A DNA stretch of 64,000 nt from Bacteroidales bacterium (GTDB lineage Bacteria > Bacteroidota > Bacteroidia > Bacteroidales > UBA3824): contig JAEERW010000002.1 in the NCBI GenBank assembly GCA_016286055.1, positions 328,458 through 392,457 on the forward strand, written 5' to 3'. Both the position numbers and the translations under genes were made by a program. Position 1 is the first letter of the stretch, and each line of letters begins with the position of its first letter. The notes under the pieces were generated by a model that saw nothing but the letters and a program-made list of their open reading frames with translations, had not been told where the DNA came from and searched no databases. Shown in pieces: positions 19,372 through 28,583 of the stretch.

Positions 19372-21417
19372 TTATCGATTATAGGGCAGCTTAACAGTGA
19401 ATGTAGACCCTTTGCCATATTCTGATTTAACATCGATGGTGCCACCAAGTAGTTCTACATAACTTTTGGCTATGGCAAGACCAAGCCCTGCACCGTTTGT
19501 AGTGCCTACAGTGTCGCTGTCTTTGAGGCGGACAAAGCGCTTAAAAATTAATGCTATATTTTCGGGTCGTATGCCACATCCAGTATCTTCAACCGAAAAA
19601 ACTATATTACCTCCATCTTTGGCAAGGCGGACTCTTATATATCCTCGCTTGGTGTATTTTAGTGCGTTGTTCATTAGGTTAGCAAACACCTGTTTTAACT
19701 TAACTTCGTCGGTTACAATCACTATATCGCAACATTCAGAAGCACATATAAAGTCGAAGGCTATATTTTTGTTTTGCTCAGCTTGCTTTTGAATTATCTT
19801 GTAAACTTCGTGGGCAGTTTTAAAAACGTTGACCTCGTTCATCCGTGCCGAAATCTGTCCCGTATCAATTTTAGAAATCTCCACAATGTCGGAAATAATA
19901 CCGAGCAGCTGTTTGGCGCTGTTGCGGATAATATCAATATATAGGAGCTTATCGTTTTCGTCAACATCATCGTCTTTGAGTAGGTCGGCAAATCCGATAA
20001 TGCCATTCATAGGCGTGCGGAACTCGTGGCTGAGGTTTTCAAGGAAAGAAGTTTTAAGACGGTCGCTCTCTTCTGCCCGTTCGGAGGCAAGCATAAGTTC
20101 AGAGTTAACCATACGAAGTTCTTCATTCAGCTTAAGATACTTATAGTTTTGCTCTTTGATAAGATCATTTTGTCTTACAGTTTCGGTGATGTCGAATACC
20201 GATACCAAACCAGCAAACACATTGTTTCGCGAATCGTGAACGGGCACGGCAGCCATAAACACCGAAATTCGTTGTCCAGAGGCTTTTTCCACTTCAAGAT
20301 CGCGGACTTCGGCGTATCGTCCTGTTTGGAGTGATCTTACAATCGGCAATTCATTGGTTGGGTACTCAATGTTTGTCTTAGCCTTAAACCAATGCTTGTG
20401 AGTATTCCGGTCGATACTTTTGGGAATATCTTGGTCGTATGACAGTATCTCAATGGCTTTGTTGTTGACGCTGAGAATATTCCGTGTTTTTAGCTCTATC
20501 ATATAAATACCCACTGGCACGTGCTGCAGTAGAGCTTGAAGCACATTATATTGCTTAGTAAGTTTTTCTTCGTTGATTTTCAGTTTTTTATTGAGTTCAG
20601 AGAGCTTGTTGTTGGTCTTTTGCAAAAGTTTGGTTTGCTGTAAAAGACTCTTTTCGGCTTCTTTTTTTGTGGTAACATTGGTTGCTGTGCCACTGACAAT
20701 AAGAGGTTTGCCATCTAAGCCAAGAGTTTCGAGCGTACCACGGAACCAAAACCATAAATAATTACCATCGCTACAGCGCAACCTCACCTCGTCGAAACGC
20801 TCCTGAAACTTGGGATCGTCGAAATCTTTAAAAACATTGAGAATCAATTTCAAATCATCTTCATACACAAGATCCAAAAGTTCGTCCATAAGCATCGACG
20901 AACGGTTGGTGCCATATCCCAACAACCTCAGCAAAGATGGAAAGAAATAAAAGGACCTTGTATTCAAATTCAGTTGAAAAACAGTGTCGGAACCAGTAGT
21001 AATAGCCTTTTCGAGACGGTTGACACGATATCGGAGTTCGTTTTCGCGCTCGGCATATCGTGTTACATCATGTAATACAAAGAGAAACTTTTCTGGCAGT
21101 TTTATTACTGTAACTTCGGCATACTTGTATCGGTTGGAAGGTAAGCAAAACTGCAAATGTATATTCGCAGGTTCGTTGTCGAGAGAAGCGTTCAACGCAT
21201 AATCAATTTTTGCCGTAATACTCTGACCATCAGGCTGTATGCCAGGCGCAAAATCTTCAAACCTTCTTCCTATTACCTCGCTAAGATTTTCAACATCCAA
21301 AAACTTTAACGCAGGAGCATTCGCCCATAAAATCTTATCTGAATATGTAAACATTGGTGTGTACAAATTCTGATAATCAAACTGAGGATTTGGTGATATA
21401 TTGCTGCGCTTAGCCAT
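19372..21417 (-). CDS. Cytoplasmic multi-PAS sensor histidine kinase
   Basis: 681 aa with no TM segment. Several PAS-like modules and a coiled coil are present. It has an H-box (FLENLSHEFRTPMNGIIGFADLL) and HATPase_c motifs (NNALKYT, DTGCGI, GAGLGLAI). Confidence 0.85.
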   Translation of the reverse strand: MAKRSNISPNPQFDYQNLYTPMFTYSDKILWANAPALKFLDVENLSEVIGRRFEDFAPGIQPDGQSITAKIDYALNASLDNEPANIHLQFCLPSNRYKYAEVTVIKLPEKFLFVLHDVTRYAERENELRYRVNRLEKAITTGSDTVFQLNLNTRSFYFFPSLLRLLGYGTNRSSMLMDELLDLVYEDDLKLILNVFKDFDDPKFQERFDEVRLRCSDGNYLWFWFRGTLETLGLDGKPLIVSGTATNVTTKKEAEKSLLQQTKLLQKTNNKLSELNKKLKINEEKLTKQYNVLQALLQHVPVGIYMIELKTRNILSVNNKAIEILSYDQDIPKSIDRNTHKHWFKAKTNIEYPTNELPIVRSLQTGRYAEVRDLEVEKASGQRISVFMAAVPVHDSRNNVFAGLVSVFDITETVRQNDLIKEQNYKYLKLNEELRMVNSELMLASERAEESDRLKTSFLENLSHEFRTPMNGIIGFADLLKDDDVDENDKLLYIDIIRNSAKQLLGIISDIVEISKIDTGQISARMNEVNVFKTAHEVYKIIQKQAEQNKNIAFDFICASECCDIVIVTDEVKLKQVFANLMNNALKYTKRGYIRVRLAKDGGNIVFSVEDTGCGIRPENIALIFKRFVRLKDSDTVGTTNGAGLGLAIAKSYVELLGGTIDVKSEYGKGSTFTVKLPYNR

Positions 21418-21419
21418 AA

Positions 21420-23057
21420 TCAGGTTTTGTCAAAGGTAATGATTTGATTATTGAGTATCAACAGATTGTTAACTGCATTGGCAACCATATCAGCAGTCAA
21501 AGGTTTGGTAATTACGCTACGACCAATAATCGGAGCCGAGGCCAACACATCTGCACTTGTGTTTGGTTGAGCTACCACTATTATTTTCACTTGGATATCA
21601 ATCTGAGGCAGTTCCACAGCAAGAGTATTGGCTCCAGGTATATCGAGGTCGAGTATCACAAACGAAATATCTTTGGTGTCGCGATACACTTCAAAAGCCT
21701 GACGATAAGAATGTGCTACATAGGTCTGGCAGCCGCACGAATCAAATAATCCTTTAATCAGTTCCACTACCTCATTGACATCGGAAATCACTAGTACACT
21801 TCCATTAAACTGCTTTGCGTCAGCCACTTTTGATATTTCGGAATAAAGATCAGCAGAATAAGCAGAAGGTTGTGCCGGAATGTCAAATGTAAAGGTGCTA
21901 CCTGCTCCCACCTGACTGTCAACAGTAATTTTGCCTCCCATCATATTGAGTAGTCCCTTACATATACTTAAACCTATTCCCAATCCTTGGTAATGACGAG
22001 AGAGTGTGTTGTCTACCTGATAAAAACTTTCAAAAATCTCGCTGTAACGGTCGGGGGGAATGCCTATCCCATTGTCGGTTACCGAAAACAGTATCCTATT
22101 GTCGGTGATGCGGTAATCAACGGCTATAAGTCCTGATTCTGAAAACTTTACAGCATTATGAATAAGTTTCAAAAGAATAATCTTCAACCCCTCCTCGTAG
22201 CTTGTAATAAACCTTTTTTCCTTGAAGTTGCAACCGAATTTGAGTGATAGAGGTTTGCCCGACTGCTTAATCAAAAAATCGGCGTGCATACCAATACCGT
22301 TAAGCAAAAAGTTTAGGTCGAATGTTTGGGGAGCAAGGTTGTAGTCGCCAGATTGTATTTTGGAGTAAAGCATAATATTATCGAACACATCCAAAAAGCG
22401 GTTGGCGTGAGCCATAAGGTTTTCGGTTTGCTCAGCACGTCGTTCAGGTGAAAGCGAAGGACGGCAAAGCATATCGGCGAATCCCATAATAATATGGATA
22501 GGTGTATGAATTTCGTGGCTGACGCAAGCTACAAAAGCAGATTTATAACGGTCGCTAACCTCGGCACGGGCACGAGCCCTCTGCAAAAGTTCGCGATTGG
22601 CAGATAACTGCGCCGAAGCTTCTGCTATCTTTACGGCATCGTCGTTAACCTTCTGTTTAAGCACCGTTATCGATGATTGACGTATGTCCAACTCCTTTTG
22701 TAACAGATGGTTTTGATTGTTGGCTTCGCGCAAAGCCTGTTGATATTCTACAATAGTCTTTTTGCGTGCAGCCAACTCATTTGAAAGGGTTTGACTTTCG
22801 TTTTGGAATTCTTGTTCCCTACCACGCTGCAAAAATAGCATTATACTGGTGGCTAGCAAATTAAACAGCAAAAGCACCGATATTATACCCACAAGCTGCC
22901 ATTTGAGCGATGTATCCGCCACTGTGATAGTACTTAACGAAATCTGTCGCCATACCGCAGCGGCTATTAGTGCATGAATAACAATAGCAACAAGCACAAA
23001 CACTAGTGGCTGTGTTTGAAACAACTTGACGAATTTGTGCTTGTTTGGGAAATTCAT
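21420..23057 (-). CDS. Hybrid histidine kinase (two TM helices with a minimal loop, HisKA-HATPase, C-terminal receiver)
   Basis: 545 aa with two N-terminal hydrophobic helices and almost no external loop, then a coiled coil. The H-box is FVACVSHEIHTPIHIIMGFADML and the HATPase motif is DNGIGI...GLGIGLSI. A REC-like end is present (VLVISD...FVILDLDIPG...ITKPL). Confidence 0.85.
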   Translation of the reverse strand: MNFPNKHKFVKLFQTQPLVFVLVAIVIHALIAAAVWRQISLSTITVADTSLKWQLVGIISVLLLFNLLATSIMLFLQRGREQEFQNESQTLSNELAARKKTIVEYQQALREANNQNHLLQKELDIRQSSITVLKQKVNDDAVKIAEASAQLSANRELLQRARARAEVSDRYKSAFVACVSHEIHTPIHIIMGFADMLCRPSLSPERRAEQTENLMAHANRFLDVFDNIMLYSKIQSGDYNLAPQTFDLNFLLNGIGMHADFLIKQSGKPLSLKFGCNFKEKRFITSYEEGLKIILLKLIHNAVKFSESGLIAVDYRITDNRILFSVTDNGIGIPPDRYSEIFESFYQVDNTLSRHYQGLGIGLSICKGLLNMMGGKITVDSQVGAGSTFTFDIPAQPSAYSADLYSEISKVADAKQFNGSVLVISDVNEVVELIKGLFDSCGCQTYVAHSYRQAFEVYRDTKDISFVILDLDIPGANTLAVELPQIDIQVKIIVVAQPNTSADVLASAPIIGRSVITKPLTADMVANAVNNLLILNNQIITFDKT

Positions 23058-23068
23058 AGCTGCTAATA

Positions 23069-23464
23069 TTATCGTTGCTTGGATGGAAACACAGTTCCAA
23101 ATTTACCTTTTTTCATAAGTTTGCTCATCACAAATCCTATTAGCACAAATGTTGCCAATGTTACGCCGGTGGCTATGGCGGTGTGAGTAAAAAACTTGTC
23201 TTGAAGCATTTGTGTGGGTACAATTGTGCCGCTAACATAAAAATAGTTGTAACAGAAAAATGCTACGGCTGCAATTATGCCCGTTATCCAAAACCACACG
23301 CGGCGTTTTTTTGCATCGGTGGGATTCTTGCCGCCTTGGTAGGCTATCATACTGCTAATCAGTATGGCTATGCCCACAAATACCAATGCCGCTACTATGG
23401 CTAAAATATAGGTGTTGGATATCAATCCGTCTACCTGCATTATGTTTTTGTACTCGTAGTTCAT
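23069..23464 (-). CDS. Small integral membrane protein (about 3-4 TM), function unknown
   Basis: 131 aa with hydrophobic segments ILAIVAALVFVGIAILISSMIAY, VWFWITGIIAAVAFFCYNYFYV and AIATGVTLATFVLIGFVM. It sits 3 nt after the lipoprotein gene and 11 nt before the kinase gene. Confidence 0.5.
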   Translation of the reverse strand: MNYEYKNIMQVDGLISNTYILAIVAALVFVGIAILISSMIAYQGGKNPTDAKKRRVWFWITGIIAAVAFFCYNYFYVSGTIVPTQMLQDKFFTHTAIATGVTLATFVLIGFVMSKLMKKGKFGTVFPSKQR

Positions 23465-23467
23465 ATT

Positions 23468-24967
23468 CTAATAAGGTAATGTGTATAAATAATAGGTGTA
23501 AATTACTTTATCTTTGGGGTTGGCGGCGTTGAGCGCACCAAGAATACTGTTGTACATACTGCGGTTTTGCTTTACCTGCTTGCCTTCCCAAATAAACTTG
23601 TCTAAGTTGGCGTTTTGTGCATTTACCGATACATCGCTCAATATCAAATCAATACGCAAGAGATTGAAGTCGGTATTAGATAATCCCGTTTCAGAGAAAT
23701 TGGAATTGAGTTTGATGCATACCTCACCTTTTTTAGTAGTGTTGTAGGTTTCGGCAAAGTGCTTTTCGTCGAATTTAAAGAGGTCGGGGATAAATTTTGC
23801 GGGTGGCGTGGGCTTAAACACAGTGTCGTACATAAGTTTGCCGTCGGCGGTGTACCCCTCGTAATGCCCGGGACAAGAGATTATAGGCAAACGGTTTTCG
23901 TCTAACAGAGGCTCGCCTTTTTCGTCGGTAACAAATGTGGGAGGATTTGCCTTTACCTCGGCCACCATATTAAAGCGGTTGAAATCGGCAGTAACGTTGC
24001 TAACCTTAATGTCAAGAGTTTTAACGGTGTAAAATTCCATCTTGCTCAAATCCACATTTAGGCGGCTGAGTAGCGGCGCACCGTCGGGCACAGGGTTTCC
24101 GTTTTGGTCGTAACTCTGTCCGATATATTTATAAAGGTCTTTCCAACGGTTCATAATTGGCACAAACTCAAAGTTGTCACCGTTGACAAATGCGGTTTCG
24201 TCTACGCCTGCGTTTTCGTTTGCGCCGCCGGTGGTAACGCTGTAATCTTTGGTAATGTCTACGGCGTTGGCAGTGAATGCGAAATGTGTGTAGGCGTAAT
24301 TCTTAGCCTCGATAGAGTTTTGCAGATAAAACATAAAGTCGGCAGCCACATTGTTGGAAGAGTTTTTGGGCACAAAGCAGATATAGAAAATATGCTTCTG
24401 CTTGCCTGCGTCGGGATGGTCGGTGATAAAAAACTCGATGGTGTTGCCGTCGCGGAGCCAACGTTCAAACTCCTCGCGCGCCCAAGGGTCGTCGCGTTCG
24501 CCGTTTTCCCACAGTTCGCCGTCGGTGATAAACACTGCGGCAAGTCGGCGGTTTACGATGTCTTTTACAGCGGTGTTGAGCGGAGCATTGTCGCCCTTGA
24601 AGCGTGCCGCCTCTTTGATTTTTTTGTAGAGTTGACTTTTGTCTAAATTCTCTATTTTATCGATGCTAAAATTGTTAACTTCGTAAAAATCAACGGTTGA
24701 GATTTTCAGACTATTGATAAACAACTGATAAAAATTGGCGGTGTTGGCATCCTTAAAGGCTGTTTTCATACTGCCGGAATAATCCAAGTAGATGGCAAAC
24801 CGCTCGGCGTTGCTCTGCCTCATCGGCGGAAAATAGTTGTAATGGTAAGCCTTAATCAACTGCTTAGGCTCGTAAGTTTTCAACGGGCAGCCGCTCTTGC
24901 CGCACGAGGCAAGCCCCACAGCCAAAACCATCGCCAACAATACCAAATGCGTATTTATAATCTTCAT
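23468..24967 (-). CDS. Lipoprotein with an N-terminal vWA-like (MIDAS-type) region, function unknown
   Basis: 499 aa with a lipobox (LAVGLASC). DxSxS-like (IYLDYSGSM), Thr (NAPLNTAV) and Asp (AVFITDGE) motifs have spacing compatible with a vWA fold. The C-terminal half looks beta-rich with no recognisable motif. Confidence 0.55.
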   Translation of the reverse strand: MKIINTHLVLLAMVLAVGLASCGKSGCPLKTYEPKQLIKAYHYNYFPPMRQSNAERFAIYLDYSGSMKTAFKDANTANFYQLFINSLKISTVDFYEVNNFSIDKIENLDKSQLYKKIKEAARFKGDNAPLNTAVKDIVNRRLAAVFITDGELWENGERDDPWAREEFERWLRDGNTIEFFITDHPDAGKQKHIFYICFVPKNSSNNVAADFMFYLQNSIEAKNYAYTHFAFTANAVDITKDYSVTTGGANENAGVDETAFVNGDNFEFVPIMNRWKDLYKYIGQSYDQNGNPVPDGAPLLSRLNVDLSKMEFYTVKTLDIKVSNVTADFNRFNMVAEVKANPPTFVTDEKGEPLLDENRLPIISCPGHYEGYTADGKLMYDTVFKPTPPAKFIPDLFKFDEKHFAETYNTTKKGEVCIKLNSNFSETGLSNTDFNLLRIDLILSDVSVNAQNANLDKFIWEGKQVKQNRSMYNSILGALNAANPKDKVIYTYYLYTLPY

Positions 24968-25059
24968 TTGCAGAATCCTTTTTCACATTTTTAAACCGTG
25001 TAAATATACGGATTCTATTTTAAAGTTGGCGATGTTTTTTGAAAAAAAATTTCAATGTA

Positions 25060-27486
25060 TTACTCCATATAAAAATGCGTAATCTTTAAATCTCTATCGC
25101 GGCTGCTGCTGCCTACATAAACCAAGAAATTGCCGGATTCAAAGATTTTTTCAAGTTTTTCGTTGTAAAACATCAGGTCGTCTTTGGTTAGGGCAAAGGT
25201 AACTTCTTTGCTTTCTCCGGCTTTGAGGTATACTTTGTTGAACCCTTTCAACTCTTTGATGGGACGCACTACTGATGAAAACTCGTCGCGAATATAAAGT
25301 TGAACCACTTCGGCACCGTCTACGCTGCCGGTGTTGGTTACCGTGGTGGTGATTTTTACGGTAGCAGATTGTGGCACAGTATCTTGTGAAACTTTTGGCT
25401 GCGAAATATCAAATGTGGTGTAACTCAATCCAAAGCCAAAGGGATATGTGGCGTGGTTGGTTTTGGGTTCCCACGATTGATAAACAAAAGAATAAGTTCC
25501 TGTGGCAGTGTCGCATACGTAGGGAAAGATAGTGTCGCCACGGTCTTCAAACACATAACTGCGAAAACGGTTTGGTTTCATATTATAGTAGCAGGGCAAG
25601 GCGCCAGCCGAAGAGGGCATCGTTACCGAAAGTTTGCCTTCAAAGTTGTATTTACCAAAAATCACGTCGGCAACTGCATTACCGCATTGCTGTCCAAGGT
25701 AAAAGCACTGCACAAGGGCATTGGAATTTTCTGCGGCGGGACGGATATTGAGCGGACGGCCACCAAAAACGAGCGTTACCACGGGTTTGCCTGTGGCTTT
25801 GATTTTTTCTACAAGTTCGTTTTGAAGTCCGAGAAATTCAAGATTGTCGCGGTCGCCACGGTGCGATTCTAACCACGCCTCGCGCGAATACGAAACGTTT
25901 TCGCCAACACAAAGCACCACCACGTCGGCTGATTTGGCAACGCTAACGGCTTCGGAAATCATTTTGCGAGCACGGTCGTCGGAGATAAGTGCCTGATTGT
26001 CGTTTTGCCAAAATGACGGACCAAAATCGCTCAAACGGCATCCTTCGGCATACGAAACTGCAATATTGTTGGCATCGCCAAAGGCTTTCATTCCATCATA
26101 TACTGATACTCCGGGAGTTACAGGTTCGGCTGTGTATCCACCATAGTCGAGTGTTTTGGCATTGGGACCAATTACTGCAACCTTTTTTATCTTGTTAGAT
26201 AATGGCAACACACCATCGTTTTTGAGCAACACCATTGTTTTACGTGCGGTTTCGCGAGCAAGGTCTAAATGCTCAGCACATTGGTTGATTTCTAACAGAG
26301 CAGGAATGTCAACGGGTTTGTCCTCTTCAAAAAGTCCGAGCCTCCATTTTGTAACAAGCAGGCGTATCAATGCTTTGTCGATGAGCGATTCGCTGATTTC
26401 GCCCTTTTGTACCGACTCTTCTAACATTTGAAAAGTGCCTTCGCTGCCAATGATGTCGATTTCTATACCCGAATTTAAAGCAAGTTCGGCGGCTTTGCGA
26501 TACGATGGAGCAAGATGGTTGACATCGTACATACGGTCGATAGCGTTTTGGTCGGAAACAATAAGTCCGTGAAAACCAAATTGTTGGCGCAAAACATCTT
26601 TCAACAGCCACGGATTTACCGTTACGGGCACATCGCACACATCGTTGTAGGCGGGCATTACACAGGCAACACCGGCTTTTACGCACATTTCAAAGGGGAT
26701 AGAATGGTTGTTCATAAGGTCGTTGGCAGAGCCAGGGAAGCACGCCACATTGCGTCCGCCTTCTACCTGACCGTGTCCCATATAATGTTTGAGGGTGGCA
26801 GCCATCTTCAACCGTCCGTTTTGCGATGCCTGCTGAAATTCTCTCACCGCTGTGCAACCATAAATGCCACAAAGAAACGGGTCTTCGGAATACATCTCTT
26901 CAATGCGTCCAAAACGTGGTTCGCGGGCAAGGTCTAAAATCGGCGAAAAAAGCATATTAATACCCCTTGCACGCGATTCTTTGGCTGTTACGGCGTAAAC
27001 TTTGCTCAAAAGCGTGGTGTCCCAACTGCATCCAAGAGCTATTGCCTGCGGAAAAACAGTGGCGTCAACGCCCATCAAGCCATGAAGACCTTCGCCAATA
27101 AAAATAATCGGAATAGGATGTTCGAGGGTATTGTTGTATTCTTTCAAAGAGTTTACCGTGCGGGCGTATTTTGCCGGAGGACATCCGCCAAAGTCGATAT
27201 TCATCAATCCCATACCGTATGGATAATATTTGCGCAAGGTGTCGAAATTGAGGTTGCCCACCGAATCGGACGCCGATTTGATAACATAAATGCTACCCGA
27301 CTGCAACTGAGCAAGTTTTTCTTTGAGCGATAATTGCGACACCACGCTGATGGCCTTGTTGATGGCAGAGTCGATAAACGTTTGGCTCTTAGGGTAATCG
27401 TTTAACTCTTCGGAACGATTGCTGCACGATGATGCGGCAACTGCTACCGATAACAATATTGACAGATAAAGGGTATAGTTTTTCAT
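25060..27486 (-). CDS. Glycoside hydrolase family 3 (beta-glucosidase/BglX-like), secreted
   Basis: The start is re-set to MKNYTLYLSILLSVAVAASSCSN (ATG at 27486). The longer track ORF would overlap hisC. GH3 motifs include GFHGLIVSDQNAI and KHYMGHG, with a C-terminal FnIII-like domain. Confidence 0.9.
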   Translation of the reverse strand: MKNYTLYLSILLSVAVAASSCSNRSEELNDYPKSQTFIDSAINKAISVVSQLSLKEKLAQLQSGSIYVIKSASDSVGNLNFDTLRKYYPYGMGLMNIDFGGCPPAKYARTVNSLKEYNNTLEHPIPIIFIGEGLHGLMGVDATVFPQAIALGCSWDTTLLSKVYAVTAKESRARGINMLFSPILDLAREPRFGRIEEMYSEDPFLCGIYGCTAVREFQQASQNGRLKMAATLKHYMGHGQVEGGRNVACFPGSANDLMNNHSIPFEMCVKAGVACVMPAYNDVCDVPVTVNPWLLKDVLRQQFGFHGLIVSDQNAIDRMYDVNHLAPSYRKAAELALNSGIEIDIIGSEGTFQMLEESVQKGEISESLIDKALIRLLVTKWRLGLFEEDKPVDIPALLEINQCAEHLDLARETARKTMVLLKNDGVLPLSNKIKKVAVIGPNAKTLDYGGYTAEPVTPGVSVYDGMKAFGDANNIAVSYAEGCRLSDFGPSFWQNDNQALISDDRARKMISEAVSVAKSADVVVLCVGENVSYSREAWLESHRGDRDNLEFLGLQNELVEKIKATGKPVVTLVFGGRPLNIRPAAENSNALVQCFYLGQQCGNAVADVIFGKYNFEGKLSVTMPSSAGALPCYYNMKPNRFRSYVFEDRGDTIFPYVCDTATGTYSFVYQSWEPKTNHATYPFGFGLSYTTFDISQPKVSQDTVPQSATVKITTTVTNTGSVDGAEVVQLYIRDEFSSVVRPIKELKGFNKVYLKAGESKEVTFALTKDDLMFYNEKLEKIFESGNFLVYVGSSSRDRDLKITHFYME

Positions 27487-27515
27487 AAGTTTTTTGCAAT
27501 TAAAAGATTTTGGCA

Positions 27516-28547
27516 TTATTTGCCGAATTTTTGCATCAGCCTGAATGCGAGGTCGTTTTGTTCGGGTGTGCCAACGGTGATGCGGATGCAGTTGTCGCAC
27601 ATAGGCATTCCGTGACGGCTACGGAGTATCACGCCGTTTTTGACCATATACTGTTGCAACTCTTTGTGTTTGGCGGTGCGTATCATAAAGAAGTTGGCAT
27701 CGCTGCGGAACACTTTTTCGATGTAGGGCAATGTGGCTACGTTTGCCATAAAACGGTCGCGCTCGCTTACAAGGAGTTTTACGGTGTTTTTGAAACCTTC
27801 CACGTCTTGCAGTTTCTCCACGAGCGACTTTTGGGTAAATCCGTCCATATTGTAGGGCAGTTTCACCTTGTTGATCATAGCCGCCAACTCTTTGCTCATA
27901 TAGCCCACGCCGGCACGCAGGGAGGCAAGTCCCCAAGCCTTTGAGAACGTTTGAATTACAACCAAATTGTCGTAATCTTTGAGATAGTTGATGCACGACT
28001 CCACGCCCGAAAAATCGTTGTAGGCCTCATCCACAACCACCAATCCTTTGAAATTCTTCACCACTTCGATAATCTGCTCGGTGGGATATGCTATGCCAGT
28101 GGGATTGTTGGGCGAACAGATGATTATCATTTTGGTGTTTGGCGTAACGGCTGCCAAAAGTTTCTGAGTATCAAACGAAAAATCATCGTTGAGCATCACC
28201 TCGTTGAATTTCACATCGTTGAGGTTTGCCAAGGTGTAATACATACCGTAACTTGGTGCAAGCGACAGAGCCTCATCTTTTTGCGGATTGCAAGCCACAC
28301 GGTAGACAAGGTCGAGAATCTCGTCGCTGCCGTTGCCCATAACCATATTGGCCACCTCCACGCCCTTGATTTTGGCGAGAAGTGTCTTTGGGTCAATCTG
28401 CAACGGGTCGGGATAGCGGTTCCAAGTGCCAAAAGGATTCTCATTGGCATCAAGAAAAACGTAGTCGCCCTTGCTCACAAGGTCGCGGGCGGCTGAATAC
28501 GCCTCCATATCCACGATATTTTTTCTCAAAAATTTATCTAAATTCAT
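27516..28547 (-). CDS. hisC: Histidinol-phosphate aminotransferase
   Basis: 343 aa with class-II aminotransferase motifs (LDANENPFG, CSPNNPTG, VVVDEAY, FSKAWGLASLRAGY). Confidence 0.95.
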   Translation of the reverse strand: MNLDKFLRKNIVDMEAYSAARDLVSKGDYVFLDANENPFGTWNRYPDPLQIDPKTLLAKIKGVEVANMVMGNGSDEILDLVYRVACNPQKDEALSLAPSYGMYYTLANLNDVKFNEVMLNDDFSFDTQKLLAAVTPNTKMIIICSPNNPTGIAYPTEQIIEVVKNFKGLVVVDEAYNDFSGVESCINYLKDYDNLVVIQTFSKAWGLASLRAGVGYMSKELAAMINKVKLPYNMDGFTQKSLVEKLQDVEGFKNTVKLLVSERDRFMANVATLPYIEKVFRSDANFFMIRTAKHKELQQYMVKNGVILRSRHGMPMCDNCIRITVGTPEQNDLAFRLMQKFGK

Positions 28548-28583
28548 GTTTTATAACATTAATGAACGTTAATAATCAATTCT

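Noticed and set aside
24968-25059. A possible promoter (TATATTTA at 25008..25001) and a 7-bp inverted repeat (gaatcc...ggattc) upstream of the lipoprotein-kinase operon.
   Set aside because: The box deviates from TAnnTTTG at the final G. The inverted repeat has a 29-nt loop. This is too weak to annotate, and read-through from the GH3 gene cannot be excluded.
27487-27600. N-terminal extensions in the ORF track for GH3 (27487..27600), hisD (29862..29939) and ispE (54376..54477).
   Set aside because: The extensions overlap upstream genes or promoter elements and are arginine/histidine-rich or otherwise atypical. Each is followed by an internal Met that begins a canonical signal peptide or conserved N-terminus.
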